From: Lama glama
Taxonomy: Eukaryota
DNA: 64,000 nt
Direction of reading: 5' to 3'
NCBI GenBank assembly: GCA_028534125.1
Contig: CM052818.1
Location: 15,502,001 to 15,566,000, forward strand
A program made the position numbers and the translations under genes. Below the pieces are notes generated by a model, which saw only the letters and a program-made list of their open reading frames with translations, was not told where the DNA came from and made no database searches. Positions 39,755 through 54,100 of the stretch are shown here, in pieces (position 1 is the stretch's first letter; each line of letters opens with the position of its first letter).

Positions 39755-40725
39755 CAATTTTTTGAGGTATAATTTACATAAAATACAATGTACCCATTTA
39801 AAATGTACATTTAGATAAATTTTGGGTAAATGTACACAGCAGAGAAATCATCAGCTCAATAAAAATATAAAATGTACCCATCACTTCAAAGAGTTACCTG
39901 TGCCCCTTCTAATTCAATCCTCCTATGCCTACCTTATTTCTTTTGGTCATGTATGTTTTCTATAGAGATTCATAAAAATGGGATTGTATGATACGTAATC
40001 TTTTGTATCTGGCTTCTTTTACTTAGCAGAATATTTTACATTTATTTGTGCTGTGTTTTGTTTCAATAGTTGCCCCTTTTAAGGTTTTAAGTATTCTGTC
40101 ATATGAATATTTTAAAAATGTGTTCCTTTATCTGCTGATGGACATTTGGGATGTTTCCAGTTTGCAGCCATCACAAATAAAGCTGCTATAAAAATTTAAG
40201 TGCAAGTCTCATTTGAGCATAGGTTTCATTTATTTGGTAAACACCTAGCAAAAGGATTGCTGAGTCTTATATAGTGAATATATATTTAGTTATGTGAGGA
40301 AGCTTTCAAACTGTTTTCTAAAGCGGTGGTGCCGACCGCATTCCCACCAGCAATGTATGAGAGCTCCGCTTGCTCCGCAGGCTCATCAGTACTGAGTACT
40401 GTCGGACAGTTAAATTTTAGTCTCTCTCATGGGTGTTTAGTAGTATGTCACTGTGGCTTTAATTTGCATTTACATGATGGTGAATGATGTTGAGCATCTT
40501 TTGTATATTTTCTTTGATAAGTATTTAAATTTTCCCTGTTCTTACTGGGTTGGTTATATTCTTAAATAGAATTCTTCATGTAGTCTGGATATAAGTATCT
40601 GTCATTTATATGTAACATGATTATTTTCTTCTACTTTGTAGCTTTTCATTTTTTAAAATGAGTGTCATTCTTTTTTGGAATGAGATCCAATTTATCGATG
40701 TTTCTTTTATGATCTATCCTTTTCC
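39755..40725 (-). mobile_element. L1M (L1MC/ME-type) 3' end
   Basis: ttttgaggtataatttacata...aaaatgtac, ttttgtatctggcttcttttacttagca, tgatggacatttggg. Confidence 0.88.
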
Positions 40726-41094
40726 AGGACTACTTCAGAGCTGTGTCTAATTTATGCTGAACCACTAAATATGTGGTTGGTGAGAGTGAAAGATTTATTG
40801 TATGTTTCTGGCTATGGTGGCTTGCAATAAAATTTGCTGAAAAACATAGAACTGAACAGCATATTTGACATGAGAAGTAGTGAACAGTAACATAACACTT
40901 AAATGAAAGTCATACTGGTCTTAATGTGGTGGATTTTTAAAGAGAGAAATCCTAATGTTGCTAAAATTATCACCATAAAAATTAGCCCTCCATTACTAAT
41001 TTTCAATATAGATTAAAGAATATTTTGGAAGGCATGCTTTGATATTCATTTAGGACTATAAACTATTTTTAATTAGTACTTATTACTTAATATG

Positions 41095-41305
41095 CATAAT
41101 ATTTCATTGAATAAATTATTTTATTTTGTCCTTTCAGTAATTGTATAAGGTACATACTAACTACCATCTTCCCATTTCATAGATAAGAAATGAAAGTTTT
41201 AGGAGATAAATTTATACTTTTACAATTTCACGGCTAGTAAGAGAGACAGTCAACACTTGGATTCAGGCACATTTACCCCCAAGCTCATATTTTTCAACAG
41301 TGTAC
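41095..41305 (-). mobile_element. MIR remnant
   Basis: cccatttcatagataagaaatgaaag...cacggctagtaag. Confidence 0.65.
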
Positions 41306-42884
41306 AAGTCTGGGCAATAATTAATATAAAATGAGTGAAAAATAGAGCTTATAGAATTTTTTCCTCTGAAATTAATGTTTCAGAAATAAGCTTTAAAAGA
41401 CATCAGTGTCAGTGACTCTGCTTAATAAGTCTAAGGGAATAATACAGGTTACCATGTAGCATAGTTGGTTGGTTACTTTTGTTTCTTCTGTTAAAAACTA
41501 GGAATTACTTAAATGCTATTATCTATTTAAATGGAATACTTCTGAGTATCTTATGCCAGTAAAATTTAAGTATTTCTGATTAATTTATTAACTGTAGGAT
41601 TTTAAGTCCAAGCTAATTGTACAAACACAAGGATAAAATACGGCTAACGAGAAAGCTCTATATCATCCTTACTACTGCACCTGCACAAAAATACTATCCA
41701 TTTTAGAAGAGAAAAACAAAATTAAGATTTTATATTGACATACTGCTGTGAGAAAACTGAATGATGAACACAGCATTAAAACACAATAAAAATAAAGACA
41801 TATAATAGACATTTTGAAGTCCAAAATAGTAGAAATTTAGAATAGATTTTGTGTAGCTTTAAAGTAATCACTTGGAAGTGTTTATTAATGTAAAAAACAA
41901 AACTACTGAATTGACACATTATATCTGGGGACAATGAAATAGTTCTTGTTGTCGTTTTGTGGAGGCAGTTAAACTGAAATGTTTTTAAACTTGAAGAAAA
42001 AGATTGATGAAAATGGAGAAATGAGTTAAATTTTAGATTAAATGTAATATATTCAGGAAACGATCTTATGAATACTTTTATTGCTCCGAATAAGATTGAT
42101 AGGGGGCCGGGAATAGACTAGTGCAGATCCATCAATAGCACATTATCAGTAGAGGGTACTCTTCAATGTGGTGAGGGAGATTAGGGAAGGACACACAGAA
42201 AGTTAAAGAAGATATTCAGAGGAATAACAGGGGAGTAGATTTATATGGTAACTTCCATAAAGTAATGACTTTGAAGTGCCTTTAAAAAGAGATAGCAAAT
42301 CAACTGGTCTTCATGTACATTTAAAGTAACAGATCCAACAGCCCAGGAATAGGAAATAGTAGAGGAGAGAGCAGCACCTCCACAAATGCAAAAGGAGGTA
42401 TGCCCAGATTTATGGACAATCTGGTATTGGTGTTCCATGCTAGAATGCTGAGCTAGACTTGCTAAGTAACTGGAGATGGAGTTTCAGAGGCATTTCAAAG
42501 TCAACATGGCCGTTTTTGAATATCTCTCCCCTGGGTCATAGCAAACCAATAGCGTCAGTTTCTCGGAGCTGATGGAAGAAATTAGTACCACCATTTCCTT
42601 CCAGTTGTGGTGGGTCCAATGTTGTATTTGGAAACACACTTAAACTATGTCCACTTATCTCTGATACTGACCTTTCATTCAGTCCAAACAGCATGGTGTG
42701 TCTGGAATGCAGTTCTGTGGCTGGCAGGCGCTTGGAGCTCTCAGGAGCAGTGACTGGGCCCATTTGTAGACAACAGTATAGAGTGATTTTATGATGACAT
42801 AGTCTAATTGGAACAGGGCAAAAAATCATTCTAGTACTGCATGTGAGGATTTGCATTTGTAGACTCAAGAAATAGATGTTATTA

Positions 42885-43437
42885 CTTCTTCTGTTGTTGT
42901 AGTAAGAACACTTATTTGAGATATACCATCTTAACAAAATTTTGAATGTACGATACAGTATCATTGACTATAGCTACAATGTCGTACAGCGGATCTCTAG
43001 AATGCATTCATCTTACTTAACTGAAACTTTATGCCTGTTGATTAGTAACTCCTCATTTCCCCTTCCTCCCTCCCAGCCCCTGGCAACAACCATCCCACTC
43101 TCTGATTCTATGCATTTGATTATTTTACATACCTTATATAAGTGGAATCATATGCTATTTGTCTTTCTGTGGCTGGCACATTTTTCTGAGCTTAACGTCC
43201 TCAAGGTTCATGTATGTTGTCACATATTGCAGAATTTACTTCTTTGTAAGGGCTGAATAATATTCCATTGTACATGTAAACCTCATTTTATTTATTCATT
43301 TATCTGTCGAAGGGCAGTTTGGTTGTTTCTGTATCTTAGTTATTGTGATTAGTGCTGTAATGAACATGGGAGTGCTAGTATCTTTTCAAGATCTTGATTT
43401 CAGTTCTCCCGGGTATATACCAAGAAGTGGGATTTCG
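42885..43437 (-). mobile_element. L1MA-type 3' end, 5'-truncated
   Basis: tacagcggatctctagaa...aactgaaactttatgcc...ggctgaataatattccattgt...caagaagtgggatt. Confidence 0.9.
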
Positions 43438-45893
43438 GAAGGCTTCTTTTCTAGAATTGAAATGATTCTCTATCTGAGTACCTTTCTCAGAGTCCCTTGC
43501 CAGCTCCTGTTCAGTGCACCACTCCAGGTGAGCCATGCAAGTAGCATGCCATAAAACGTGTGTCCCAGAGCTGTGCAGTGCCCTGCCATCTTGTCAGGAT
43601 AAAAAAAATAATCCTGTCAGCCAATCTGGGACTTCTAACCCTTCATCCCTTTCTTCCTGAGATTTCCTCTAAATAACAGAGCATAGTGGGTATCATTCAT
43701 CTGATTTTTTATGTCATGTGCCCTTGCTCACATCTCTGAAATACTGCCTGGTGGTTCTTTGCTCAACCATCCTTGCAAGTTGCTGATGTATGGACAATTC
43801 TGTGAGGAAGGATGTGTGAGGACCCTGCTGGAGGTGGGGTTGAGATTATAGCTTATAATTGGTTGATAAAAAGATTCTCTTATAATAGGCCTCTCAAGGC
43901 TTTCTATTCAAAAATGTCAATGTTACACAATTAGTCTTACTTCTTTGGACTCTGCCAATAGCATTTGCCAGGAACTGTTGACAGATTAAGTAGAAGTTGA
44001 TAATTTAACACCTGAAGTATTAAATGAATCTGTTCTCCTATCCCGGTTTAGTAGTATTATAATTTTATAAAATTTCACTAGAATCTAATGTGAACTCTGA
44101 TCTGAAGCTTAACACATAAAGAATTGATTTTGTTTATGCATTACTTAAGGCCGTAATCAGATTTATTGATAGGCAGTATTGCATTCCTGTCTCTTCTAAT
44201 AAACTATTTTCTTACCTGTTATCTCTGTCTGTCTGTCTGTCTGTCTATCATCTCTTTGTTTCTATGTTAATAAAAATTACAACTTTTACTTAAGACTAAT
44301 ATTTTTAAGAGTGGCAGGCTTTACTCCTCCAAGCCTTGCTTGGCAATAATTGTCCCTTTGACCAAGTCATTAGACATTTCTAGACCTTAGTTTCTTCATC
44401 TGCAAAATAATTTTGAAATAAATAATTCTTAAAATTTCTCTGAAATCTGTAACTCTATGAACTTACGATTCTCAGGTATCAAAAGTCATTATCTACTGAC
44501 ATGTTGATATTTGAGTATAGACAGTTACCACACAGAAGGTTGCTCAGTTGCTGTCCTCAAAGGGCTTGCATTCCAGTGAGAAGGGTATAGCCATCACATC
44601 CTAAAGCGCGGTACTAGCTGCAGTATCATGTAGGGCCAGAGAAAGAGACTGAACCAAATTACTTCTTGCTCAGCAGACCAGAACAGTGCTGTAATAAATG
44701 ACAGCAAGGTTTAGGTAGGAAGCTTGCTTTGGAGGTAGGATATATATCTCATTGCTAAATAAACAGTAAAATTCACAAATAGGAAAATGAGGAGACCTAG
44801 GAAATTATTTTCTAGATAAGAGAGGACCTAAGTTTTCTAGAATTTTACATCAGTGCTAAGGAATTAGTAATGAAACAGGCATTGAAATGTTTTAGGCAAG
44901 GAATGACAAAGTCAAATCTGAGTTTCAGGTAAGTATACTGATGGTATTAAGAATGGATCTGAAGTTTCAACTGAGGCAGTGGATAGAGAGAGGGGATCTC
45001 AAGCAGACCTGGATGTGAACAGTGGGCAGAAATGGTCTCGGGGAAAACTATGGGGGGAAGACAAGCACTACATTCTTTATGCATGACTTTCCTGTCTCCT
45101 TAACCAGACTGTACCCAACTTGAGTTTGAGACCATGATATTTAGTCCCCATAATTTCTAATAGAGATCTGATTCATAGTTTTTGCTCAGTAAATATTTTT
45201 TACTTCTTTTGACCAGTTACATCAGAATAAGATCTCTGTGAGCTAGTATTTTGACCTAATAGTATTTTGCATACTTGTGTGCAGTCAGCCTATTCCAGGG
45301 GCTTTCTGGCATGGTATTGTCAATTACTGGGAGGGAGCTTCGTGAAATTTAGCCCTCTTAATTATAGCATCAATAAACCTGACTTGATAATAGCTTTTGA
45401 TGTCAATAAAGTTTAAGTGTTTTACCATAGTCATTATGTCATTGGGATACTAATTGACATTAATACTAGACCCAATTTATGACTAATTTTATTATTGCTA
45501 TTTTATGAACTCATGTTCTCCATTAAGGCAAAGAAAATACTGCACGTAACTTCCCTGTTCTCAGTATGAAAAAATTAGTTGAATCTTGAGTTTTAGGTTT
45601 GACATTTCACTGTAAATGTATTAAACTATGGTATAATTGTATATATGTATGAGTACTTATATGTATGCATATATACGTAAGTGTATATACATACACAAAT
45701 GCATGTGTATATTAATATATATTTTTTCTTACTATGTTTCTGATCCACTGACATAGAACAATGGGTCCCAAACTCAGAGCCATGCAGAGAATCCATGAAA
45801 TAGTCTCATTACTTCAAAAATTCTAATTAAAGGGAATCATATATTTACTCATGACAAGGCAACAGGGGCTACTGACCCACGTTTATTGTTTTT

Positions 45894-48800
45894 TATTGAA
45901 TTATAATTAATATACAATATTAGAGTAGTTTCAGATGTACAACATGATTAAGTTGCTTTATACATTATGAAATTATCATCACAATATGACCAGTTACCAT
46001 CTGTCACCATACAAAATTGTTACCCTATATATATAACCTATGTATTATATATCCCTGTGATATTTATTTTATAGCTAGAAGTTTGTACCTCTTAATCCCC
46101 TTCACCTAGTTTGTTCATCCCTCTACCCTCTTCCCCTTTAGCAAACCACCAGTTTGTTCTCTGTATCTGTGAGTCTGCTCTGTTTGGTTTTGTTTTCTCC
46201 TTTGTTTTGTTTTTTAGATTCCACATATAAGTGAAATGATACGGTATTTGTTTTTCTCTGTCTGACTTATTTCACTTAGCATAATACCCTCCAGGTCTAT
46301 CCATACTGATGCAAATAACAATATTTCATTCATTTTTATGGCTGAATAATATTCCAGTGTGTGTGTGTGTGTGTACACACCACATCTTTATTCATTCACC
46401 CATCAGTGGACATTTAGGCTGCTTCCATAATTTGACTATTGTACGTAGTGCTGCAATGAACATATAGATGTATTTTTGAATTAGTGTTTTCATGTTTTTC
46501 GATAAATACCCGACAGTGGAATTTCTGTATCATATGGTAGTTTTAGTTTTTGGTTTTTGAGGAAACTCCATACTGTTTCTCATATCGGCTATACAAGTTT
46601 ACATTGCCACCAAGAGTGCACAAGAGTTCCCTTTTCTCTGCATCCTTGCCAGCCCTTGTTTTTTGTTGTATTTTTTTTCTGTAACACCCATTCGATAGAT
46701 GTGAGGTGGTATTTCATTGTGGTTTTGATTTGCGTATCTCTGATGATTAGTGGTGTTGATCACCTTTTCATATGTCTGTTGGCTACCTGTTAGTCTTTTT
46801 TGGAAAAATGTCTATTCAGACATTTTTATATTATATATATATAAATTACATATATATTAATAGAAAATGGGTCCTCTGCCCATTTTTCTATTAAGTTGTT
46901 TTTTGTTTGTTTTTTTTTTTGATACTGAGTTGTGTGAGTTTTTATATGTATTGACTGTCAACCCCGTATTGGATATATCATTTGTAAATATCTTCTCCTA
47001 TTCAGTAGGTTGTCTTCTCATTTTATTGGTGGTTTTCTTTACTGTGCAAAAGCTTTTTAGTTTGATATAGTCTCATTTGTTTAATTTTGCTTTTGTTGCC
47101 CTTGCTTGAGGAGGCATATCCAAAAAAAAAAAAAAAATTGCTAAGACTGATGTCAAGGAGGTTATCGCCATGTTTTCTTCTAGAAGTTCTGTGGTTTCAG
47201 GACTTACATTTAAATCTTTAATTCATTTTCAGTTAATTTTTATATACGGTGTATGAAAGTTGTCCAGTTTCATTCTTTTGCATGTAAGCTGTTTGATTTT
47301 CCTAATACCATTTATTGAAGAGACAATCTTCTCCCCATTGCGTATCCTTGCCTCGTCTGTGGTAGATTAATCAATCATATGAGCATGGGTTTATTTCTGG
47401 ACTCTATTCTGATCCATTCACGTATGTGTCTGTTTTTGTGCCAGTTCAATATAGGTTTGATTACCTTGCTTTTTAGTATAGTTTCAAGCCTGGAAGAGTG
47501 ATACTTTTCCAAAAGTGCTTTAGCTATTTGGGTTTTTTTGTGATTTTGAACAAATTTTAGGATTATTGTTGTAGTCCAGTGAAAAATGCCACTGGTATTT
47601 TGACAGAGATTGCATTGAATCTGTAGATTGCTTTGGGTAGTACAGACATTTTAATATTAATCCTTGTAGTCCAAGAGCATGGTATACCTTTCTATTTATT
47701 TGTGTCATTTTCAATTTCTTTCCTCAGTGTCTTATAGTTTTCAGAGTACAGGTCCAAAAACTCCTTGGGTAAATTTAATCCTAGGTTGTTTTTTTTTTTG
47801 ATGCGATGGTAAATGAGATTGTTTCCTTTACTTCTCTTTTAGATAGTTCATATTAGTATATTAGTATATGCCTTTGCCATAGGTTTGTGTATTGATTTTG
47901 TATCCTGCAACGTTACTGAATTCATTTATTGTTCTAATAGTTTTTTGAGTGTGTGGAGTGTCAGGGCTTTCTGTATATAGTATCATGTCATCTGCAAATA
48001 GTAGCAGTTGTATTTCTTCCTTTCCAATTCGGATGCCTTTTCTTTCTTTTTTCTTGTCTGACTGCTGTGGCTAGGACATCCAATGCTCTGCTGAATAAAA
48101 GTGGCAAGAGTAGGCATGCTTGTCTTCTTCCTGATCTTAGAGGAAAAGCTTCCAGCTTTTCTCCTTTGAGTATGTTAGCTATGGGCTTATTTTATATAGC
48201 CTTTATTATGTTGAAGTATGTTTCCTTGATACTCACTTTTTGTTTTTTTTTTTTAATAATAAATGGATGTTGAATTTTGTCAAATGCTTTTCGGCATTTA
48301 TTCTTCATTTTTTTACTGTGATATATCGTGTTGATAACCTTTTAAATTTAATTATTGAGATTTATTTTGTGGCCTAACATGTGACCTGTCTTGGAGAATG
48401 TTCAACATGCACTTGAAACGAATGTGTATTGTGCTATTTTTGAATGAAATGTTCTAAATATCTCTATTAAGTCCATTTGGTTTAGTGTATCATTTAATGC
48501 CAGTGTTGCCTTATTGGTTTTCTGTCTGGAAGATCTATCCATTGATGTAAGTGGGATATTAAAGTCCCCTACTACTATTGTATTTCTGTGTCTCTCTTTA
48601 TTTCTGTTAATAATTGCTTTATATATTTAGGTTCTCCTGTGTTGGGTACATGTTTATAAATGTTATATCCTCTTGTTGTATTGATCCCTGTATCACTATA
48701 TAAAACCTTTCTTTGTCCCTTGTTATAGTCATAGTTTTAAAGTCTATTTCATCTGATATGAGTTTTGCTTCCCCAATTTTCTTTTTTGATCCATTTGATT

Positions 48801-51114
48801 GAGTATCTTTTTCCATCCTTTTACTTTGTCTATTTGTGTCTTTAGAGCTGAAGTGAGTCTCTTATAAGCAGCATATAGATTAGTCTTTTTTTCTTAATCC
48901 ATTCAGCTACCTTAAATTTTAGATTGGAATATTTAATCCATTTACATTGAAAGTGATTAGTGGTAGGTATGTACTTATTGCCGTTTTGTTACATGTTTTC
49001 TGGTTGTTTTTGTAGCTCTCTGTTCTTTCCTTCTTCTTCTAGTCTTTTCCCTTGTGGTTTGATGGGTTCCTTTAGCATTATGTTTGGATTCCTTTCTGTT
49101 TATTTTTTGTATATCCATTGTAGGTTTTCGGTTTGTGGTTACCATGAGGTTCGTATATATTGACCTGTGTGTATGTATATAGTCATCTATTTTAAGCTGA
49201 TAGTCACTGAGGTTTGAAGGCATTCTAAAAACACTGCATTTTTATCAGCTCCCCCACTCCATGCTTTATGTTTTGATGTCATTTTTTACATCTTTCTATT
49301 TTGTGTATTCCTTAACTACATACTCTACTTATCACTGATTGTACTACTTTTGTTCTTTAATCTGCATATTAGCTTTTAAAGTGAGTGATTCACTGTCTTT
49401 ACTATTTATTTGCCTTTTTTCAGTGAGATTTTTCCTTTCATGTATTTTCTTATCTCTAGCTATGGCCTTTTCTTTTCTACTTACAGATGACCCTTTAAGA
49501 TTTCTTGTTAGTCCAAATTTAGTAGTGATAAACTCCTTTAGGTTTTGATTGTCTGGCAAGCTCTTCATCTTACCTTCAATTCTGAATAACCCTGCTGGAA
49601 GCAGTATGCTATTTTGTAATATTTTTTCTTTCAACACTTTAAATATATCCTGCCACTCCCTCTGGCCTGTAAAATTTATGCTGAAAAAATCATCTGATAG
49701 TCTTACGGGGTCTCCCTTCTGTGTGATGGGCGTCGTCTGTTTCTGCCTTTAAGCTTCTTGTTAACTTTTACCATTTTATAATTATCTTGTGTGACTCTCT
49801 CTGGGTTCATCTTATTTAGAATTTTCTGTGCTTTTTGTACCTGGATGCTCTTTCCTTTCCCAGTTTAGGGATGTTATCAGCCATTATTTCTTTAAATAGT
49901 TTTTCTGTACCTTTCTCTCTTCTCTTTCTAGGACTCCTATATTTCAAATGTTAGTATGCTTTATACTAACATTTGCTTGATACTAACATTGCTTCATATC
50001 CCAGAGATCCTTTAAACTCACCTATTTAAATTTTTTTTCCTTCTTTTTGCCATCCTGATTGGGTGATTCTATCTTCTAGATTGCTTATCCATTCTTCTGT
50101 ATTATCTAATCTCTTCTTGATTCACTATTAGTCTATTTTTAAATTTAAGTTATTGGATTCTTCAATTGTGATTGGTTCTTATTTATTCTAAGTCTCCTTT
50201 GACATTTCACTGAGTTTCTTAATCCTTCTGCATTTCCTGTACATCCTATGACCACTCTTTGAGCCCTCTATGAGTTAAATTACTTACCTCCATTGCATTA
50301 GGTTTTTTTCCCCTAGGGTTTTATTTGTTCTTTTCTTTGGAACATATTCCTGTCCTCTGTATGAATTAGGCAAAACAGTTACCTCTCCTGGTCTTGAAGG
50401 AGTGGGCTTGTGTGGGGGTGTCCCCTGTTTAGACCACTTTGTGCTGGGGATTTGGCCAGCAGGAGATGGAGTGAATGTGAGTAGGGGGCAATCCCTGGGG
50501 AGTGCTGTGTCCAAGGCCACTTTAGTGAGGTGGCTTGGTCTAGAGTAGGGTGTGAACTGGAGTCAGTCCTTGGGGAGGACTGTGCCTGGGCTAACCTGGT
50601 GGGGCAGCTGGGGCCCTTGTCAGAGCCTATCCCTGGCTGAGGCTGCCTTGAAAGGACAGCTGGAGCTAGAGCAGGAACAGACTGGGGGGAGTCCTGGGAC
50701 AACTCAAGCAATGTCACTCTCTGGTGCCGCTGACCCTGGAGAGGGCTCCAGCAGCTCCCTACCCATTTGGTAGAAACTCTAGGGTTAGTAAATGGATTTT
50801 TTTTTCCTGTATAGTCTGGGTGTTCTTTAAACTGCTAGTTTTTTGCTGTGTCCCAGGGTGGGTGAGTCTGTGCTTTGGCCCCTCAAAAATCCCTCTCCAC
50901 TGCAGGTCACTGCACTGGGGGTGGAGTCTCCCGTGGATACTTGTATCTATGTGTTTCCTGTCTATTTGTTTCTATGTGGTCCTTGTATGTGCCTTAGCCG
51001 TTCAATCAGCCTGTAGGTCTTCTTCAGGAGAAAATGGTCTATATGACGGTATAGATTTGGTGTGTCCATGGAAGGAGGTGAGCTCAGTGTCTTCCTACAC
51101 CATTTTGGACTCTT
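45894..51114 (-). mobile_element. End-to-end L1 (5' UTR, ORF1, ORF2, 3' UTR) with internal ORF2 deletion and decayed TSD
   Basis: 5' end aagagtccaaaatggtgtaggaagac; ORF1p C-terminus FRIEGKMKSLPDNQNLKEFITTK (49344-49637); FADD at 47987-47998; flanks ccacgtttattgttttt (45877-45893) and ccacattccttgttttt (51115-51131) match 14/17. Confidence 0.95.
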
Positions 51115-54100
51115 CCACATTCCTTGTTTTTGACTAGAAGTATGTATCAACTCAATATGGCAATATTCTTTTTCTCGTGCTTGTTTTTGATTAGTAATTT
51201 AAAATATACACAAACGCACCTATACATATGGAAAATTGTTGCTTAATATATGGTAGATCTATCCTTCAAAACACTAAGTCCAAGGTGAATAAATAGTAAA
51301 TGAGATCCCTGAAAGTAAAAAAAAAAAAAATCAGAATTTAGAAACAGATAGCATAATGTAGACTCATTGAATTCATGCCTAATCAGATAACAGGTAGATG
51401 GAAGGAATTCCTCAACCTTCATTAAGCAACACTAGGCATCAGGCACTATTTTTGGTGCCCATGATACATAAGTGAGCAGAACAGAAACATATCCCTTATT
51501 AGTGGTGTTTATGTTCTAGTGAGATTTTTATACAGTACTGCCAAAAGGCAATTTATTGGATTGTTCTGGATTATAGAGTTAAGAAATAGATTATCTGTAG
51601 AGAAGGAGGGAGTGTCTCAGTGACATTAAAAATGGCTATAGAAATCAGAACACAGTAGAAATTTCTGGGTAGATGTCATAGACACACTGCTTCTTTTAGT
51701 AACTTTCCATACAGCCTGTCTCCTTTTTTCTGTAACAGTTTCTACTTCTTGATATGAAGACTCTTTGAAAGGCAGGGTACTTCTCATTTCCAGAGAATTA
51801 TAACTAAGTATGTGCTGGGAGCTGTTTATTGATTAGTTGTACTGTGAAAGGGACAGGAAATGTTACATACTGATGATCTGTATGGAGGTTTAGTCCTGTT
51901 AAGCTATAAGCTCTTGTTTCTTTTTGGACAAAATATGAAGTAAAAGTTCTGAAAATTTTCTCTCTGGAATCTGTTCTTTTCAAATAAAACAAAGCCATAA
52001 TCTGTAGGCAATTTATGGCTCTTTCAGAAAAGCACTATAACATCTAAACTCCCATAGCATTTGGCAGCTGGCTCCATTTTATTTTATTTGGAAGAATAAC
52101 AATATTTTTAAAATTTTATTCAGTGAAATGCTTAGAGATGCTAGGGTGTTTGTTTGACAATGGTCACAAGAGTTATGTACTTTAAAAAAAAAAGGAGGTG
52201 GTGTATTGAAGAATTATCTTGATAATTCTAATTATAGGAACATATATTTTATAGAAAAATTCTGCCAGAATTATTCAGATCACAAAACTTATTAGGCTGT
52301 TGTTGAATTAGTCTTATTTGTTACCTCCATAGGCATAAATTTAAAGCAAATAGAGCTTTATCTGATATTAATGTTTAATTACACTGTTAGTTTATTATGA
52401 ATGAATGTTTGAAGTTTGTGTGTGTGTTTAGAATTTTCCCTTGAAAGCCACAAAATAATGAAAAAATGCATTAAAAATACTGTACATCATCCACACTAAC
52501 TTTGAGTTTGAACATGGTCACAAATGGACTCAAACTATTTAGAGAGATCTGATTTGTCATTGTGTGTAATTGTGTGTGTGGTTAATTTCAATTTTTTTAC
52601 ATGCAAATGTTCTACTCATCTAATAGTTTCAATATTTTCATAACAGACACAGATGAAGTGTAAAAATGAATGAATTCACAAAGTGAAATGGATGAAAGAG
52701 AGGAGTTGTCTTCTTTAGCCTATTTAACCCAGTGGGTAGTTTACATAACGGGTGGAAAAAAGTGTATGTCTTTATGTTTCCCAGAGGACTGGGGTTAGGA
52801 GACTGCCGTGGCTTGGTTTCTCCTCAACCAGTTGTTGCAGGGCGCCAGACAACACTTCCCCAAATTCTGTTTAGGGAAGTTGAGAGGGGAAGCAGTGCAA
52901 GGATGGAATCCCATGTGAAGCATGACCTAACACTTCTCCTGTAACTCTCAGCTCATTAGTAAATGTAATTACAGTCACAAGATGCATGATTGTCATTTTG
53001 TGTGTGAGAAAACTGTTATCGAAACAAGATGGTACGAGCAGGGACAAGGAAATGGTGGTGAAACAGGATGCATGACTAGAAAGTAGAACATTTATACTGC
53101 CCCAGGTGGTGATACTAGAGCTTGGATCACGTTCAACAAGAGGCAATTTGGCCTGGTTGACAGGATTTTATTTATATTAAGTGGCACCCACCTTTATTCT
53201 TTTTACCCATGGCTTTCTTCTCACCTTTGTAACTCAAGTTAACTTTTTTCCTCAGTAACTTGTAAGATGTGCTGCTTTCATAGAACTGAGACTTTCAGCA
53301 GGTATCCAATAGTTAAAATTCCTTATTGCTATCCTATGGTACTTCTGTGCTAATTTTTAAATTTATTTTAGCAAAACTGGGTCCATATCTTTATCTTGAC
53401 ATTCTCTACTACATCTGTTTAATGATGACTATAACAACAAATTACTTTTCATTTTAACTCTATTCAACATTGACTCAGGAAGAAGTAAAGCAGTCGACCT
53501 CTTTACCACACTTCCAGATACCAATAACACACCGTAAAAAACAGAATCAGCATAAGATAACTATTGCCTTTTAACTACAATTCAACTGATTTTAAAAATC
53601 CACTAAGATATGCAAAGTTAAGGGAATAGTGTTGTAACATTTATGAGTTCATATACTGGGGGTTAAGTGCAGAAGACAGAGGCATAATCAGAAACTTGCC
53701 AGTGCAGTTCTTCAAGGTCACATTCAATCTTAAGAGTCTACAAATCCAGATGGGAAGATTTAGCCACTGTTTCAGGCAGCTGTAGATAGGCACAAAATAG
53801 TTGTACTGAGGGCAGGTAGCAGTGATTCCGGGGTCTGTTTCTGCCTGTGCACTCCCAGAAAGTTCCTCCTTTTCCTTAGAGGGTAATCTCTCTCTCCCTT
53901 TAGAGACTCTTCTCTCAGCATCTACTTTTGCAAGAAATGCCAGCTTCCATGATGAATTCCTGTCACTGCCTATGCTATTATGTGAGTAGTAATTTCTCTC
54001 ATTAACAAAGAAATAGGGCACCCTGCTACAGTTAATACTGCCGTTTATTTCACACTGGAGATGTCTAAGTAAATGGATATAGAGAGATAAAAGATGGAAT

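Noticed and set aside
42536..42964. 142-aa minus-strand ORF
   Set aside because: Starts in an L1 3' UTR and crosses decayed repeat-like sequence; no domain.
53641..54021. 126-aa minus-strand ORF
   Set aside because: No recognisable homology or coding signal.
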